A DNA stretch of 64,000 bases from Sphingomonadaceae bacterium (lineage in GTDB: Bacteria; Pseudomonadota; Alphaproteobacteria; Sphingomonadales; Sphingomonadaceae), in the NCBI GenBank assembly GCA_041739175.1, contig JBGSOJ010000007.1, positions 937-64,936 of the forward strand, in the 5' to 3' direction. Positions 37,956 through 47,022 of this stretch are shown piece by piece. Within the stretch, counting starts at the first letter, position 1, and each line of letters opens with the position of its first letter. The notes under the pieces are model-generated. The model was not told the origin of the DNA. It worked only from the letters and a program-made list of their open reading frames with translations, and searched no databases. The position numbers and the translations under genes are program-made.

Positions 37956-39014
37956 ATGGCCATGGTTCAAGCGGAGACTATGCCGCCGATTAGTGAATAT
38001 CACGATAACTTCGATAGCGCGAGAGCCGCTATGGGCGACGCTTTGTCGCGTGATCGGCAGGCATCTTTGTTTAACCGACTGGATTGGCTTGAGCCCTTAT
38101 ATGCCCACGCCCTTTCGGAACATCAGCCCCTTTTGCTGCGATCGCGATGGCAGGGCGCCGAATGCTGGTTGCCGCTGATGCGGACCCAGCATGGTCAGTT
38201 TATGGGGCTTTCGCATTTTTACAATTTCCAATTTGGCCCCATTTTTGCGGGCGCGCATGGCGAAGCGTCAAAAATAGACCTATTGCTGTCGGTGGCAGCG
38301 GAAGCAGCCAAGCACGCGCGGCGCATTGACCTGCATCAGGTTCCGGATGAAGACAAAAGCGCGACTTTGCTGCAATCGGCATTTGTGCGCAGCGGTTGGG
38401 TGTGTCAGCGTTACCAATGCGACGTCAACCACATCCTGAATGTACAGGGTCGCAGCTTCGAAGCCTATTGGGCCACCCGCCCCAGCCAATTGCGCAACAC
38501 AGTGCGGCGAAAAGCGAAAAAGGGGGCCGTTCGGCTTCACATCGAACGCCGATTTAATGCCAAGATTTGGGGCGATTATGAGACGGTTTACGCGCAAAGC
38601 TGGAAACCCGTCGAAGGCAACCCCGCATTTCTGCGGCAATTGGCGCAGCAGGAAGGCGCAGCAGGTTGCCTGCGCATGGGGATTGCCTATTTGAATGAGA
38701 TACCCGTCGCCGCGCAATTTTGGACGAGCGAAAATGGCGTCGCGTTGATCCACAAATTGGCGCATACGAAGGACAGTCTGCCCTATTCACCCGGCACTTT
38801 GCTGACCCATGCGTTGATGCGCGAGGTTATCGACACCGACCATGTGCGGATCGTCGATTTCGGCACTGGTGATGATGCATACAAGCCCGATTGGATGGAT
38901 GCTGTGCGCCCACGGTACCATTTGACCATGCTGCGCCCGCTTGCGCCCGCGAATTGGCCGTGGATGATAAAACAACGGCTTAAGGGGCTTGCAGGGCAAG
39001 CGACGGCGGATTAA
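37956..39014 (+). CDS. CelD/BioF2-like (FemAB-related) GNAT acyltransferase
   Basis: About 350 aa. C-terminal acetyltransf-like region AQFWTSENGVALIHKLAHTKD...YSPGTLL. Divergent from the ligase gene with only 29 bp between start codons. Start is uncertain. Confidence 0.6.
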   Translation: MAMVQAETMPPISEYHDNFDSARAAMGDALSRDRQASLFNRLDWLEPLYAHALSEHQPLLLRSRWQGAECWLPLMRTQHGQFMGLSHFYNFQFGPIFAGAHGEASKIDLLLSVAAEAAKHARRIDLHQVPDEDKSATLLQSAFVRSGWVCQRYQCDVNHILNVQGRSFEAYWATRPSQLRNTVRRKAKKGAVRLHIERRFNAKIWGDYETVYAQSWKPVEGNPAFLRQLAQQEGAAGCLRMGIAYLNEIPVAAQFWTSENGVALIHKLAHTKDSLPYSPGTLLTHALMREVIDTDHVRIVDFGTGDDAYKPDWMDAVRPRYHLTMLRPLAPANWPWMIKQRLKGLAGQATAD

Positions 39015-39041
39015 CGGCGCTCCTAAAGGAGTTTCCGGCCG

Positions 39042-39347
39042 ATGTCGGATACGCAAACATCTTGGGGGACCATGTTGGCCGAAAGAAACATAAGCGCCAT
39101 TGATGCGCAACTTCGTTCGCTGTTGTGCGATGTGTTGGGCCTAAATGAAGAGCAGGTGTCGGGCTTCACAGACGATACCGAATTGTTCGGCGCATTGCCG
39201 GAACTGGACTCAATGGCGGTTGCTGGCCTGCTTACCGAGATGGAGGACCGCCTGCATATCGCGATTGACGATGACGAAGTCGATGGCGAATTGTTTGCTT
39301 CGTACGGCAGTCTGCTCGTATTTGCGACGAACAAAGTCGGCGCGTGA
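39042..39347 (+). CDS. acyl/peptidyl carrier protein
   Basis: 101 aa, acidic, phosphopantetheine attachment motif ALPELDSMAVAGLL. Confidence 0.8.
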   Translation: MSDTQTSWGTMLAERNISAIDAQLRSLLCDVLGLNEEQVSGFTDDTELFGALPELDSMAVAGLLTEMEDRLHIAIDDDEVDGELFASYGSLLVFATNKVGA

Positions 39348-40039
39348 CGGGGGGCCTATATTTCGATACCTACGACAGCGGTTTGGGCCGCGAACAGATG
39401 CTTTGCGCAGGCCGCGGCGTGCAACGGCTGCTCATTGTCCCTCCGTTATTTGATGAATTGAACCGTTTGCGGCGCACATTGGTTATGGCGATGCGCGTGG
39501 CCCACGAATCGTACAACATCTCAACCTGCCTGCCCGATTTGCCGGGCCAAAACGAAAGCCAAACGCCCCTGTCGCAACGCCGCCTGTCCGATTGGCATTG
39601 CGCAATGCAGAACGCGGCGACGCAGGTTGCCGCTATGGGAGTTGTAAGCATTCGGTCCGCGTGTCTGTTAGACACGCTTGCCAGCGATCCTTATGCCGCT
39701 CTACCGCGATGGCGTTATGTTCCCATGGCGGGAGAGCGCCTTGTTACCCAATTGCTGCGTACACAACTGGCCAGCGATAAGGCCGCTGGCGTCCGTTCAA
39801 CACGCGCCACCTATGAACCCGATGGCGATAACAGTGTGCTGAATATTGGCGGATACACGCTTTCTGCCGGATTGTTGCGCGATTTGGCGAAGGCCGAAGT
39901 AACTGAGGCGCATGAACGCACCGACATAGTGATTGAAAAGTCGATTGGCCCCGCGCTCTGGCTACGCAATGAACCCGGCGAGAGCGCGGAATTGGCGAAG
40001 ACGTTTGCAACACATTGGTCGGAATGGTTGGCAGGATGA
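39344..40039 (+). CDS. exosortase A-associated hydrolase 2-like protein (alpha/beta fold, possibly degenerate)
   Basis: GTGA overlap with the carrier protein. LLIVPPLFDELNRLRR N-terminal strand. I find no clean GxSxG (VVSIRSACLL at the expected elbow). Confidence 0.5.
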   Translation: MTGGLYFDTYDSGLGREQMLCAGRGVQRLLIVPPLFDELNRLRRTLVMAMRVAHESYNISTCLPDLPGQNESQTPLSQRRLSDWHCAMQNAATQVAAMGVVSIRSACLLDTLASDPYAALPRWRYVPMAGERLVTQLLRTQLASDKAAGVRSTRATYEPDGDNSVLNIGGYTLSAGLLRDLAKAEVTEAHERTDIVIEKSIGPALWLRNEPGESAELAKTFATHWSEWLAG

Positions 40040-40887
40040 CCCGCCGCACGTTTTACTTTGAATGCGCGGGCGTCCCATGCGCGGCGACGCTCGACTTGCC
40101 GCCTGATGGAGTGGAGGCTGGGCCAACCGGCCTCCTCATCGTCACCGGCGGCAATGAAGTGCGCAGCGGCCCACAAGGTAGCCAAGCGGCCATGGCGGCG
40201 CATTTTGCCGCCGTGGGCTTTGCCGTGTTCCGTTATGACCGCCGCGGCGTGGGGGATAGCGCAGGCGTCAATACAGGCTGGCGCGGAGCCGAAACCGATC
40301 TGCTCGCGGCGGCATCCGCTTTCCGTACGGCTTGTCCCTCCATTCGTCATGTCGTCGCCTATGGCAACTGCGATGGCGCAAGCACGTTGGCGCTGCACGG
40401 ACAAAAGGCCAAATTGGATAAGGCCATTTTGGCTAACCCGTGGGTGTTTGATCACGATGGCGAATCAACAATAGCCGATGATGACGACCAAAGCATGGCC
40501 CCTGCCGCACCCAGTCACAGCCGCTCATCGGCCCTTCGATATTATCGTAAGCGTTTGGCCGATCCGTCGCGTGTGGTACGCGATATTTTTGGCGGTCGCG
40601 TAAATGTGACCAAATTCGCGGCGGACGCAGTTGCCGCCACACAGCGTGCTGAGGTCACAAAAACCGCTGTCACCTTGAACGCCGCACTCGAGGGTTGGGG
40701 TGATCGTGCAACAGTGCTGTTGGCGCGCGACGACCGCACTGCGATTTTCTTTGACGAACAGATGGCGTTTTTGGGGCGAAGGTCGCCAACGGCACACAGC
40801 TGCCCAACCGCTTCCCACAGCTTCGCCGATGCTGCCGCGCGTTCTTGGCTTTATGCGCGGATTGGGGCTGTGCTTACCGCCCCTTAA
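40036..40887 (+). CDS. exosortase A-associated hydrolase 1-like alpha/beta hydrolase with Cys at the nucleophile elbow
   Basis: ATGA overlap upstream. LLIVTGGNEVRSGP strand and elbow VVAYGNCDGAST (G-x-C-x-G). Confidence 0.6.
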   Translation: MTRRTFYFECAGVPCAATLDLPPDGVEAGPTGLLIVTGGNEVRSGPQGSQAAMAAHFAAVGFAVFRYDRRGVGDSAGVNTGWRGAETDLLAAASAFRTACPSIRHVVAYGNCDGASTLALHGQKAKLDKAILANPWVFDHDGESTIADDDDQSMAPAAPSHSRSSALRYYRKRLADPSRVVRDIFGGRVNVTKFAADAVAATQRAEVTKTAVTLNAALEGWGDRATVLLARDDRTAIFFDEQMAFLGRRSPTAHSCPTASHSFADAAARSWLYARIGAVLTAP

Positions 40888-41658
40888 ATTCCGGAGGGCG
40901 CTTTTGTAGAAAGCTCATTACCCCTTCGACAAAATCGTCACTTCGGCTAGCCGTGCGCTGAAATTCGCGTTCTATGTCCAGATATTCGGAGAAGTCATGG
41001 TCCAACGCAGCCCACGCCTGCTTGCGAATATATTTCAGCGACATCGGTCCATTGGCAAGTTTCTCCGCCAGCGCGAGCGCGGTATCATCAACCGCGTCAT
41101 CCTCGACCAGGCGGGTAATCAATCCATCGGCAAAGGCACGCTCCGCCGGATAGCGTTCGCCCAAGAGCATCAGTTCCATGGTGCGCACGCGGCCAATGGC
41201 GCGCGCCATCAGATACGCAGCACCGCCATCAGAAGCGAGGCCGATATTGCAGAAGCTTTGCAAGAAATAGGCGCTTTTGCCCGCTACGATAAGGTCCCCC
41301 ATCATTGCGATGCCCGCCGCGACACCGACCGCAGGGCCACGAACCGCCGTGATGAAGGGGATATCCAGATCACGGATAATCCGCAGCATAGGATTAAAGC
41401 TGTCCTCCAACCCCTGCCCCGCGTCGCGCAGCGGGTCGTCGGGACGCAAACCACCATCGGCAAGGTTCGCCCCGCTGGAAAAGGCGCGGCCATGGCTGCC
41501 CAATACAATCGCCCGCGCTTCGTTGCGCGCGCGCTTTAGGGCCTCAACGGTTTCGCGCGCCATCGTGCGGTTTTGCGCGTTTAGGACATCGGGTTGATTG
41601 TATCGGATGAAGGCGACTTTGCCGCGCATTTCGTACGTTAAGGTTTCAAAGTCGCTCA
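40874..41658 (-). CDS. enoyl-CoA hydratase/isomerase (crotonase) family protein
   Basis: VAFIRYNQPDVLNAQN, RAFSSGANL, oxyanion region PFITAVRGPAVGVAAG. GTG 41658 is preceded by GGGAGA; 41692 is an alternative start. Confidence 0.85.
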
Positions 41659-41987
41659 CAATTATTTCTCCCAAAACCGTTTGGCGAAACAATTAGACTG
41701 TCGTCTCCCTGCGGCAAGCGGAAAATTGCAAATCGTGCCGCATCGGCGCTGAGGACTGCGACGCCGCTGGTACAACATTGCCCCCACATGAATAGCAACA
41801 CATTGAAAATGAACATTTATTCATAATCATCACGAAAATGTCATTTTATCGTAAAAATGCGCTCCGTTGGTCGTGTTTGTTGCAACCTTTTATGCGCTCG
41901 CGCGCTGTTCCGTATGATCGTTGCTGCAACAGGATATAAAAGTACTCCACGTCGCAATGATCTTTGAATTTATGAAAGGTTCATGAA

Positions 41988-42653
41988 ATGAAAAAATTTA
42001 GTATTGCAGCCATTCTCCTCGCCAGTGCGGTATCTGCCCCTGCGATGGCGCAAAATGCCGACGGCTTCACTGGCCTGCGTGTCGAAGCCATTGGTGGTTA
42101 TGACCAATTGAAAACGGGTAGCACCAGCGACTCCGAAATCGAAGGCCGCGACGAAACCGTTGATGGCGCGCTATATGGTGCCGCCGTCGGTTATGATGTT
42201 GACCTTAACGGTCTGGTCATTGGCGCAGAAGCAGAAATCTCGGGAACGACGGGCAAGCAAGATGTTGATGAGCGTTTGAACACGCCCTTCGGCTACCGCA
42301 TCAATGTCGACCGTGACATCTATCTGGGCGGTCGTATCGGCGTTGCAGCAACGCCAAGCACATTGGTCTATGCCAAGGGCGGCTATACCAGCACCCGCGT
42401 TGAAAGCGTGTACACCGACACTGCCGAAGATGACGGCGCCGATTTCAACTTTGAAACCGGCCAAAGCATCGACGGCTATCGCATCGGCGCGGGCGTAGAG
42501 CAAAAGCTCGGCAGCAATGCCTATGCGAAATTGGAATACCGCTATTCCAACTATGACGATCTGAAATTCGACGACGATGTTTTTGGCGCGGAAGCCTTGA
42601 ATGTCGATTTGGACCGTCATCAGGTGGTTGCTGGCGTCGGTATCCGGTTCTAA
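41988..42653 (+). CDS. small outer-membrane beta-barrel (OmpA_membrane/opacity-porin-like) protein
   Basis: Signal peptide MKKFSIAAILLASAVSAPAMAQ, alternating strands, C-terminal VVAGVGIRF. Confidence 0.75.
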   Translation: MKKFSIAAILLASAVSAPAMAQNADGFTGLRVEAIGGYDQLKTGSTSDSEIEGRDETVDGALYGAAVGYDVDLNGLVIGAEAEISGTTGKQDVDERLNTPFGYRINVDRDIYLGGRIGVAATPSTLVYAKGGYTSTRVESVYTDTAEDDGADFNFETGQSIDGYRIGAGVEQKLGSNAYAKLEYRYSNYDDLKFDDDVFGAEALNVDLDRHQVVAGVGIRF

Positions 42654-42702
42654 TCTTTGATGTTGCCATAGCCCTTTCGGGTCGCACAAAAAGGGAAATG
42701 GG

Positions 42703-42740
42703 GATGCCCGGTCAAGCAATTGACCGGGCATCTTGCTTTT
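42703..42740 (+). terminator. rho-independent terminator
   Basis: 13-bp perfect stem GATGCCCGGTCAA-GCAA-TTGACCGGGCATC followed by TTGCTTTT. Confidence 0.7.
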
Positions 42741-42768
42741 GCACCACTTCAACTGCATTGCATTTGCT

Positions 42769-44079
42769 ATGAGCGACTTGTTCGGCCCTGACCCATCCGC
42801 CACGGATACCCTTCGGGCACCTGCTCCGCTGGCCGACCGGTTGCGGCCCAAACATTTGGGAGCGGTGATCGGGCAGGATCATATCCTTGGCCCCGATGGC
42901 GCGCTTGCCCGCATGGTGGCGAGCGGCTGCTTGTCCTCCATCATTTTGTGGGGACCACCCGGAACAGGAAAAACCAGCATTGCGCGGTTGCTCGCCGAAG
43001 CGGTCGGCCTGCACTATATGGCCATATCTGCGGTCTTTTCCGGCGTCGCGGATTTAAAGAAGGCGTTCGCAGACGCCGAGAAAATGGCGGCCATGGGGCG
43101 CGGTACGCTCTTGTTTGTCGATGAAATCCATCGCTTCAACCGGGCGCAGCAGGACGGGTTTTTGCCATTTGTTGAGCAGGGACTTGTCACTTTGGTCGGT
43201 GCGACAACGGAGAATCCGTCGTTTGAGATCAACGCCGCTTTGCTTAGCCGATGTCAGGTTTTGGTGCTCAACCGATTGGATGAAGCGGCCTTGGACGAAC
43301 TGCTCAATCGCGCCGAAACGGCGGAGGGACGGCAGTTGCCTCTCACTGACGATGCGCGCGCGGCGCTCATAACGGGCGCCGATGGCGATGGCCGGTTTTT
43401 GCTCAATCAAGCCGAAGCCTTGTTTGCTTTGGCCACCGCGGAGACATTACTCGATCCGCCCGCGCTTGCCAAATTGTTGCAACGGCGAATGCCGGTCTAT
43501 GATAAGGACCGTGAAGGGCACTATAATCTCATCAGCGCTTTGCATAAGGCAATGCGCGGTTCGGACCCTCAGGCCGCGCTTTATTATTTGGCGCGGATGT
43601 TGGTCGCCGGGGAAGAGCCCTTGTACCTATTGCGGCGCATCACGCGTTTTGCCTCTGAAGATATCGGGATGGCCGATCCGCAGGCACTGACCCAATGCAT
43701 CGCCGCTGTTGAGGCATACCGGTTTTTGGGCTCACCCGAGGGGGAGTTGGCAATTGTTCAGGCATGCCTTTATTGCGCTACGGCGCCAAAAAGCAACGCG
43801 CTCTATGCGGCGCAAAAGGCGGCTTGGAAATCGGCAAAGCAAACTGGGTCGCTTGCCCCGCCTGACGCAATTTTGAATGCGCCGACCAAATTGATGAAGG
43901 ACTTGGGACGCGGCAAAGATTACGCCTATGATCACAACACCGATGAGGGGTTTTCCGGCGCGCATTATTGGCCGGAGGGAATGGCACCGGAGGCATTTTA
44001 CCATCCCGTTGAACGCGGATTTGAACGTGAGGTCGCAAAACGACTGCGTTATTGGGATGACTTGCGCGCGAAAATGTAA
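42769..44079 (+). CDS. rarA: replication-associated recombination protein A (AAA ATPase)
   Basis: LADRLRP...GQDHILG, Walker A GPPGTGKTS, LFVDEIHRFN, MgsA C-terminal region YNLISALHKAMRGSD. Confidence 0.9.
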   Translation: MSDLFGPDPSATDTLRAPAPLADRLRPKHLGAVIGQDHILGPDGALARMVASGCLSSIILWGPPGTGKTSIARLLAEAVGLHYMAISAVFSGVADLKKAFADAEKMAAMGRGTLLFVDEIHRFNRAQQDGFLPFVEQGLVTLVGATTENPSFEINAALLSRCQVLVLNRLDEAALDELLNRAETAEGRQLPLTDDARAALITGADGDGRFLLNQAEALFALATAETLLDPPALAKLLQRRMPVYDKDREGHYNLISALHKAMRGSDPQAALYYLARMLVAGEEPLYLLRRITRFASEDIGMADPQALTQCIAAVEAYRFLGSPEGELAIVQACLYCATAPKSNALYAAQKAAWKSAKQTGSLAPPDAILNAPTKLMKDLGRGKDYAYDHNTDEGFSGAHYWPEGMAPEAFYHPVERGFEREVAKRLRYWDDLRAKM

Positions 44080-44148
44080 AACGCCGAAAATTTAAAACAT
44101 GTTACATACCTGCAACAAAATGGTCATCGTTTCGGCCAAAATTACCTG

Positions 44149-44171
44149 TTAACCATGATTCGGTTTGAGTC
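44149..44171 (+). promoter_or_regulatory. TTAACCAT half-site abutting two GANTC sites
   Basis: TTAACCAT 44149-44156, GATTC 44157-44161, GAGTC 44167-44171. About 45-65 nt upstream of the ATG at 44215. Confidence 0.3.
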
Positions 44172-44214
44172 GCGGGTCGCGCGGCTTGCCTGTTCTAAAA
44201 ATTAGGGGGTAATA

Positions 44215-45438
44215 ATGCCGGATAATCTTCAATTGGGCGGGTATCGTTTCGACCCGCAACTGGCCATGGAATATGGCCAAAAGGCGCTAAGCGTCGCCAT
44301 CATTTTGCTGGTCACTTGGTTGGCCGCGAAAATCGCCAAATGGGCCTTTGCCAAGGCCGTAGACAATATTTCTTTCCTGCAGAATGACACCGGTTCGGGT
44401 CAATCGGTCGGCGCATCGTTGGGTAAGATTGTGTCTTTGCTGATCTGGCTCTTTGGCCTCGTCGCGATTTTGAATGTTCTGAACCTGGGCAATGTGACAC
44501 AGCCTGTGCAATCTTTGTTGAACAATGTCATGGGCTTCATCCCACGCCTGATCGGTGCGGGCATTATCTTCTTTGTTGGCTCGATGGTTGCAAAGATTGT
44601 CCGCGACATCGTCGAAACCGCGCTGAGCACGGTCAACTTCGACAAATGGGCGAATAAAGGCGGCGCAGAGGCGGTCACGGGCAACGCGACCATTTCGAAA
44701 ACGCTGGCGACGATCGTGTATGTGTTGATCCTGATCCCTGTTGCCATTGCCGCATTGCAAGTGCTGGCAATCACCGCAATTAGCGATCCTTTGGTCAACA
44801 TGCTGAATACAATCTTAAACGCCATTCCCAATGTTGTGGGTGCGGCCATCCTGCTTGGCCTTGGTTATATGATCGGCAAATGGGTCGCTGGCCTGGTTGA
44901 AGAAATCCTTCCGGGCTTGGGCGTCAACCGTTCGGTTAGCGCATTGGGCGTGCTGCCTGCGGGTGTGACCGCATCAGGCGTCGTCGCCAAAATCGTGATG
45001 ATCGCCATTTTGTTGATCAGCGCGACGGCCGCAACGCGGTTGCTGAATTTTCCCGAACTGACCGCTTTGGTAACCCAGGTTATCGAAATCGGTGGCGGCG
45101 TGATCTTTGGCGGCGTGATCATCGCCGTGGGCTTTTTGTTGGCCAACATGCTCGCCAATCTGTTCGCCGCCGCCGGTGGTGCAGCGGCAACGGTCATAAA
45201 ATATGCCGTCATGTTCCTGTTTGCCTTCATTGGCCTACGCGAGATGAACATCGGCAATGAAATCGTCGATATGGCGTTCGGTGCCATCGTCATTGGCGGC
45301 GCAGCAGCGGCTGCCCTGGCCTTCGGTCTTGGCGGCAAAGACGCAGCGGCGCGCAAGCTAGCTGAAATGGAAAGCGGCGCAATCGCTGCTCCTGCCAAAA
45401 ATCCAGCGGCTTCTAAGGCTGCCGGTCCCGCCGAATAA
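44215..45438 (+). CDS. integral membrane protein with repeated 'conserved TM helix' modules (mechanosensitive-channel-related family)
   Basis: GGGGGT RBS. Four or more similar helix modules (e.g. LVTWLAAKIAKWAFAKAV / FFVGSMVAKIVRDIVETAL / LGYMIGKWVAGLVEEIL). Ala-rich C-terminus. Confidence 0.6.
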   Translation: MPDNLQLGGYRFDPQLAMEYGQKALSVAIILLVTWLAAKIAKWAFAKAVDNISFLQNDTGSGQSVGASLGKIVSLLIWLFGLVAILNVLNLGNVTQPVQSLLNNVMGFIPRLIGAGIIFFVGSMVAKIVRDIVETALSTVNFDKWANKGGAEAVTGNATISKTLATIVYVLILIPVAIAALQVLAITAISDPLVNMLNTILNAIPNVVGAAILLGLGYMIGKWVAGLVEEILPGLGVNRSVSALGVLPAGVTASGVVAKIVMIAILLISATAATRLLNFPELTALVTQVIEIGGGVIFGGVIIAVGFLLANMLANLFAAAGGAAATVIKYAVMFLFAFIGLREMNIGNEIVDMAFGAIVIGGAAAAALAFGLGGKDAAARKLAEMESGAIAAPAKNPAASKAAGPAE

Positions 45439-45461
45439 GCACGAACGGTTGGACAAAATTG

Positions 45462-45492
45462 GGGCGGGGGGTGCAATCCCCTCGCCCTTTTT
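45462..45492 (+). terminator. rho-independent terminator
   Basis: GGGCGGGGGG-TGCAA-TCCCCTCGCCC (one mismatch) followed by TTTTTGG. Confidence 0.7.
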
Positions 45493-45570
45493 GGTGGCAT
45501 CTTCGCTGTCATATTCAGTTGCAGCATAAAACCTATTGCCAATTCCGATCCACCGCCATAGGTTTGGGGG

Positions 45571-47022
45571 ATGGGAGACACGGTTGATATCGCCATCATC
45601 GGCGCCGGAATTGCCGGCATCAGCGCCGCCGTCCGTCTTCGCCGCGACTGCCCAGGAAAATCAATTATTGTATATGAACGTCGCGCGCGCATTGGCGGGA
45701 CATGGGACTTGTTCCGCTATCCCGGTGTGCGTTGCGATAGCGATATGTACACTTTGGGTTTTGACTTTAAGCCGTGGACGCACGAAAAATCTATCGTCGG
45801 CGCAGCAACCATTCGCGACTATGTGGAGGAAGCGGCGGTTGAAAACGATGTCCTTTCGCTAATTCAATTTCGCACGCGCTTAACCCATGCCGATTGGTCG
45901 AGCGTGGATCAATGTTGGACAATGACGCTGGTTGATGAGGACACCGGCGACGTGCATTTGAGCCGGGCACGGATGCTATACATGGCATCGGGCTATTATG
46001 ATTACGACGAAGGCTACCGCCCTGAACTGCCCGGAGAGGCAGCATTTGCTGGGCCAATCATCCATCCGCAGCATTGGCCAGAGGGGTTGGACTATGCTGG
46101 CAAGCGTGTAACGATAATCGGTTCCGGAGCGACCGCAATGACGTTGCTGCCCGCAATGGCCGACAGCGCCGCGCACGTCACCATGCTGCAACGCAGCCCG
46201 ACCTACGTCATCTCAAGGCCCAGCAAAGATTGGCTAACCGGCGCGGCGCGGCACCTCTTGCCCGCATCATGGGCCTATGGCCTTATCCGCACCCGCAACC
46301 GTGTGTTGCAGCGATTTATGTACAAAACGGCACGCAAGCGGCCTGAAAAGATCCGCAAGATGCTGCTCACCGAAGTGGAAAAGGCCATTGGTGCGCGCGT
46401 CGATGTCGCCACCCATTTCAGCCCGCGTTACGGGCCGTGGGAGGAGCGATTGTGCCTTATCCCCGACGGCGACCTGTTCGATGCCGTAAACGCGGGTAAG
46501 GCCAGCATAGTGACCGATGAGATTTCCGGCTTCACCGCCGACGGACCCGTGTTGAAAAGTACAGGAACGGTCTTGCAAAGCGACCTGATCGTTCTTGCCA
46601 CCGGTTTAAAACTGGCATTATTCGGCAAAGCGGAACTGTCGATCGACGGACAATCCATCGATGCCGCCGACCGGATGGTCTATAAGGGATGTATGCTTAG
46701 CCAAGTGCCCAACATGGTTTTCGTGTTCGGCTATACCAATGCAAGCTGGACGCTAAAGGCCGATCTTGTCGCGCACTATGCCGCGCGGGTGGTGACAGCG
46801 ATGGATAAGGTCGGTGCGCGCCAATGTATACCGTCCGCCGCCGAACCCGATATCACGCGAAAGCCGATGGTGGATTTTTCCAGCGGCTATTTCACCCGGG
46901 CCGCACACATTCTGCCCGGGCAAGGTGACCGCGGACCATGGACTCTGCCGCAAGATTATCCGTTCGATCGCAACCGTTTGGCAAAAGAACCCGTCGCCGA
47001 CGGCGTGTTGAACTTTGCTTAG
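45571..47022 (+). CDS. type I Baeyer-Villiger / flavin-containing monooxygenase (EthA-like)
   Basis: FAD motif IIGAGIAGISAA, BVMO fingerprint FAGPIIHPQHWP (FxGxxxHxxxWP), second Rossmann IIGSGATA. Confidence 0.8.
   Translation: MGDTVDIAIIGAGIAGISAAVRLRRDCPGKSIIVYERRARIGGTWDLFRYPGVRCDSDMYTLGFDFKPWTHEKSIVGAATIRDYVEEAAVENDVLSLIQFRTRLTHADWSSVDQCWTMTLVDEDTGDVHLSRARMLYMASGYYDYDEGYRPELPGEAAFAGPIIHPQHWPEGLDYAGKRVTIIGSGATAMTLLPAMADSAAHVTMLQRSPTYVISRPSKDWLTGAARHLLPASWAYGLIRTRNRVLQRFMYKTARKRPEKIRKMLLTEVEKAIGARVDVATHFSPRYGPWEERLCLIPDGDLFDAVNAGKASIVTDEISGFTADGPVLKSTGTVLQSDLIVLATGLKLALFGKAELSIDGQSIDAADRMVYKGCMLSQVPNMVFVFGYTNASWTLKADLVAHYAARVVTAMDKVGARQCIPSAAEPDITRKPMVDFSSGYFTRAAHILPGQGDRGPWTLPQDYPFDRNRLAKEPVADGVLNFA

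Noticed and set aside
41809-41835. A Fur-box-like AT-rich sequence (TTATTCATAATCATCAC) upstream of the OMP gene.
   Set aside because: It matches only part of the 19-bp Fur consensus. Alphaproteobacteria often use Irr/RirA/Mur-type regulation instead. It is kept only as part of the palindrome observation.
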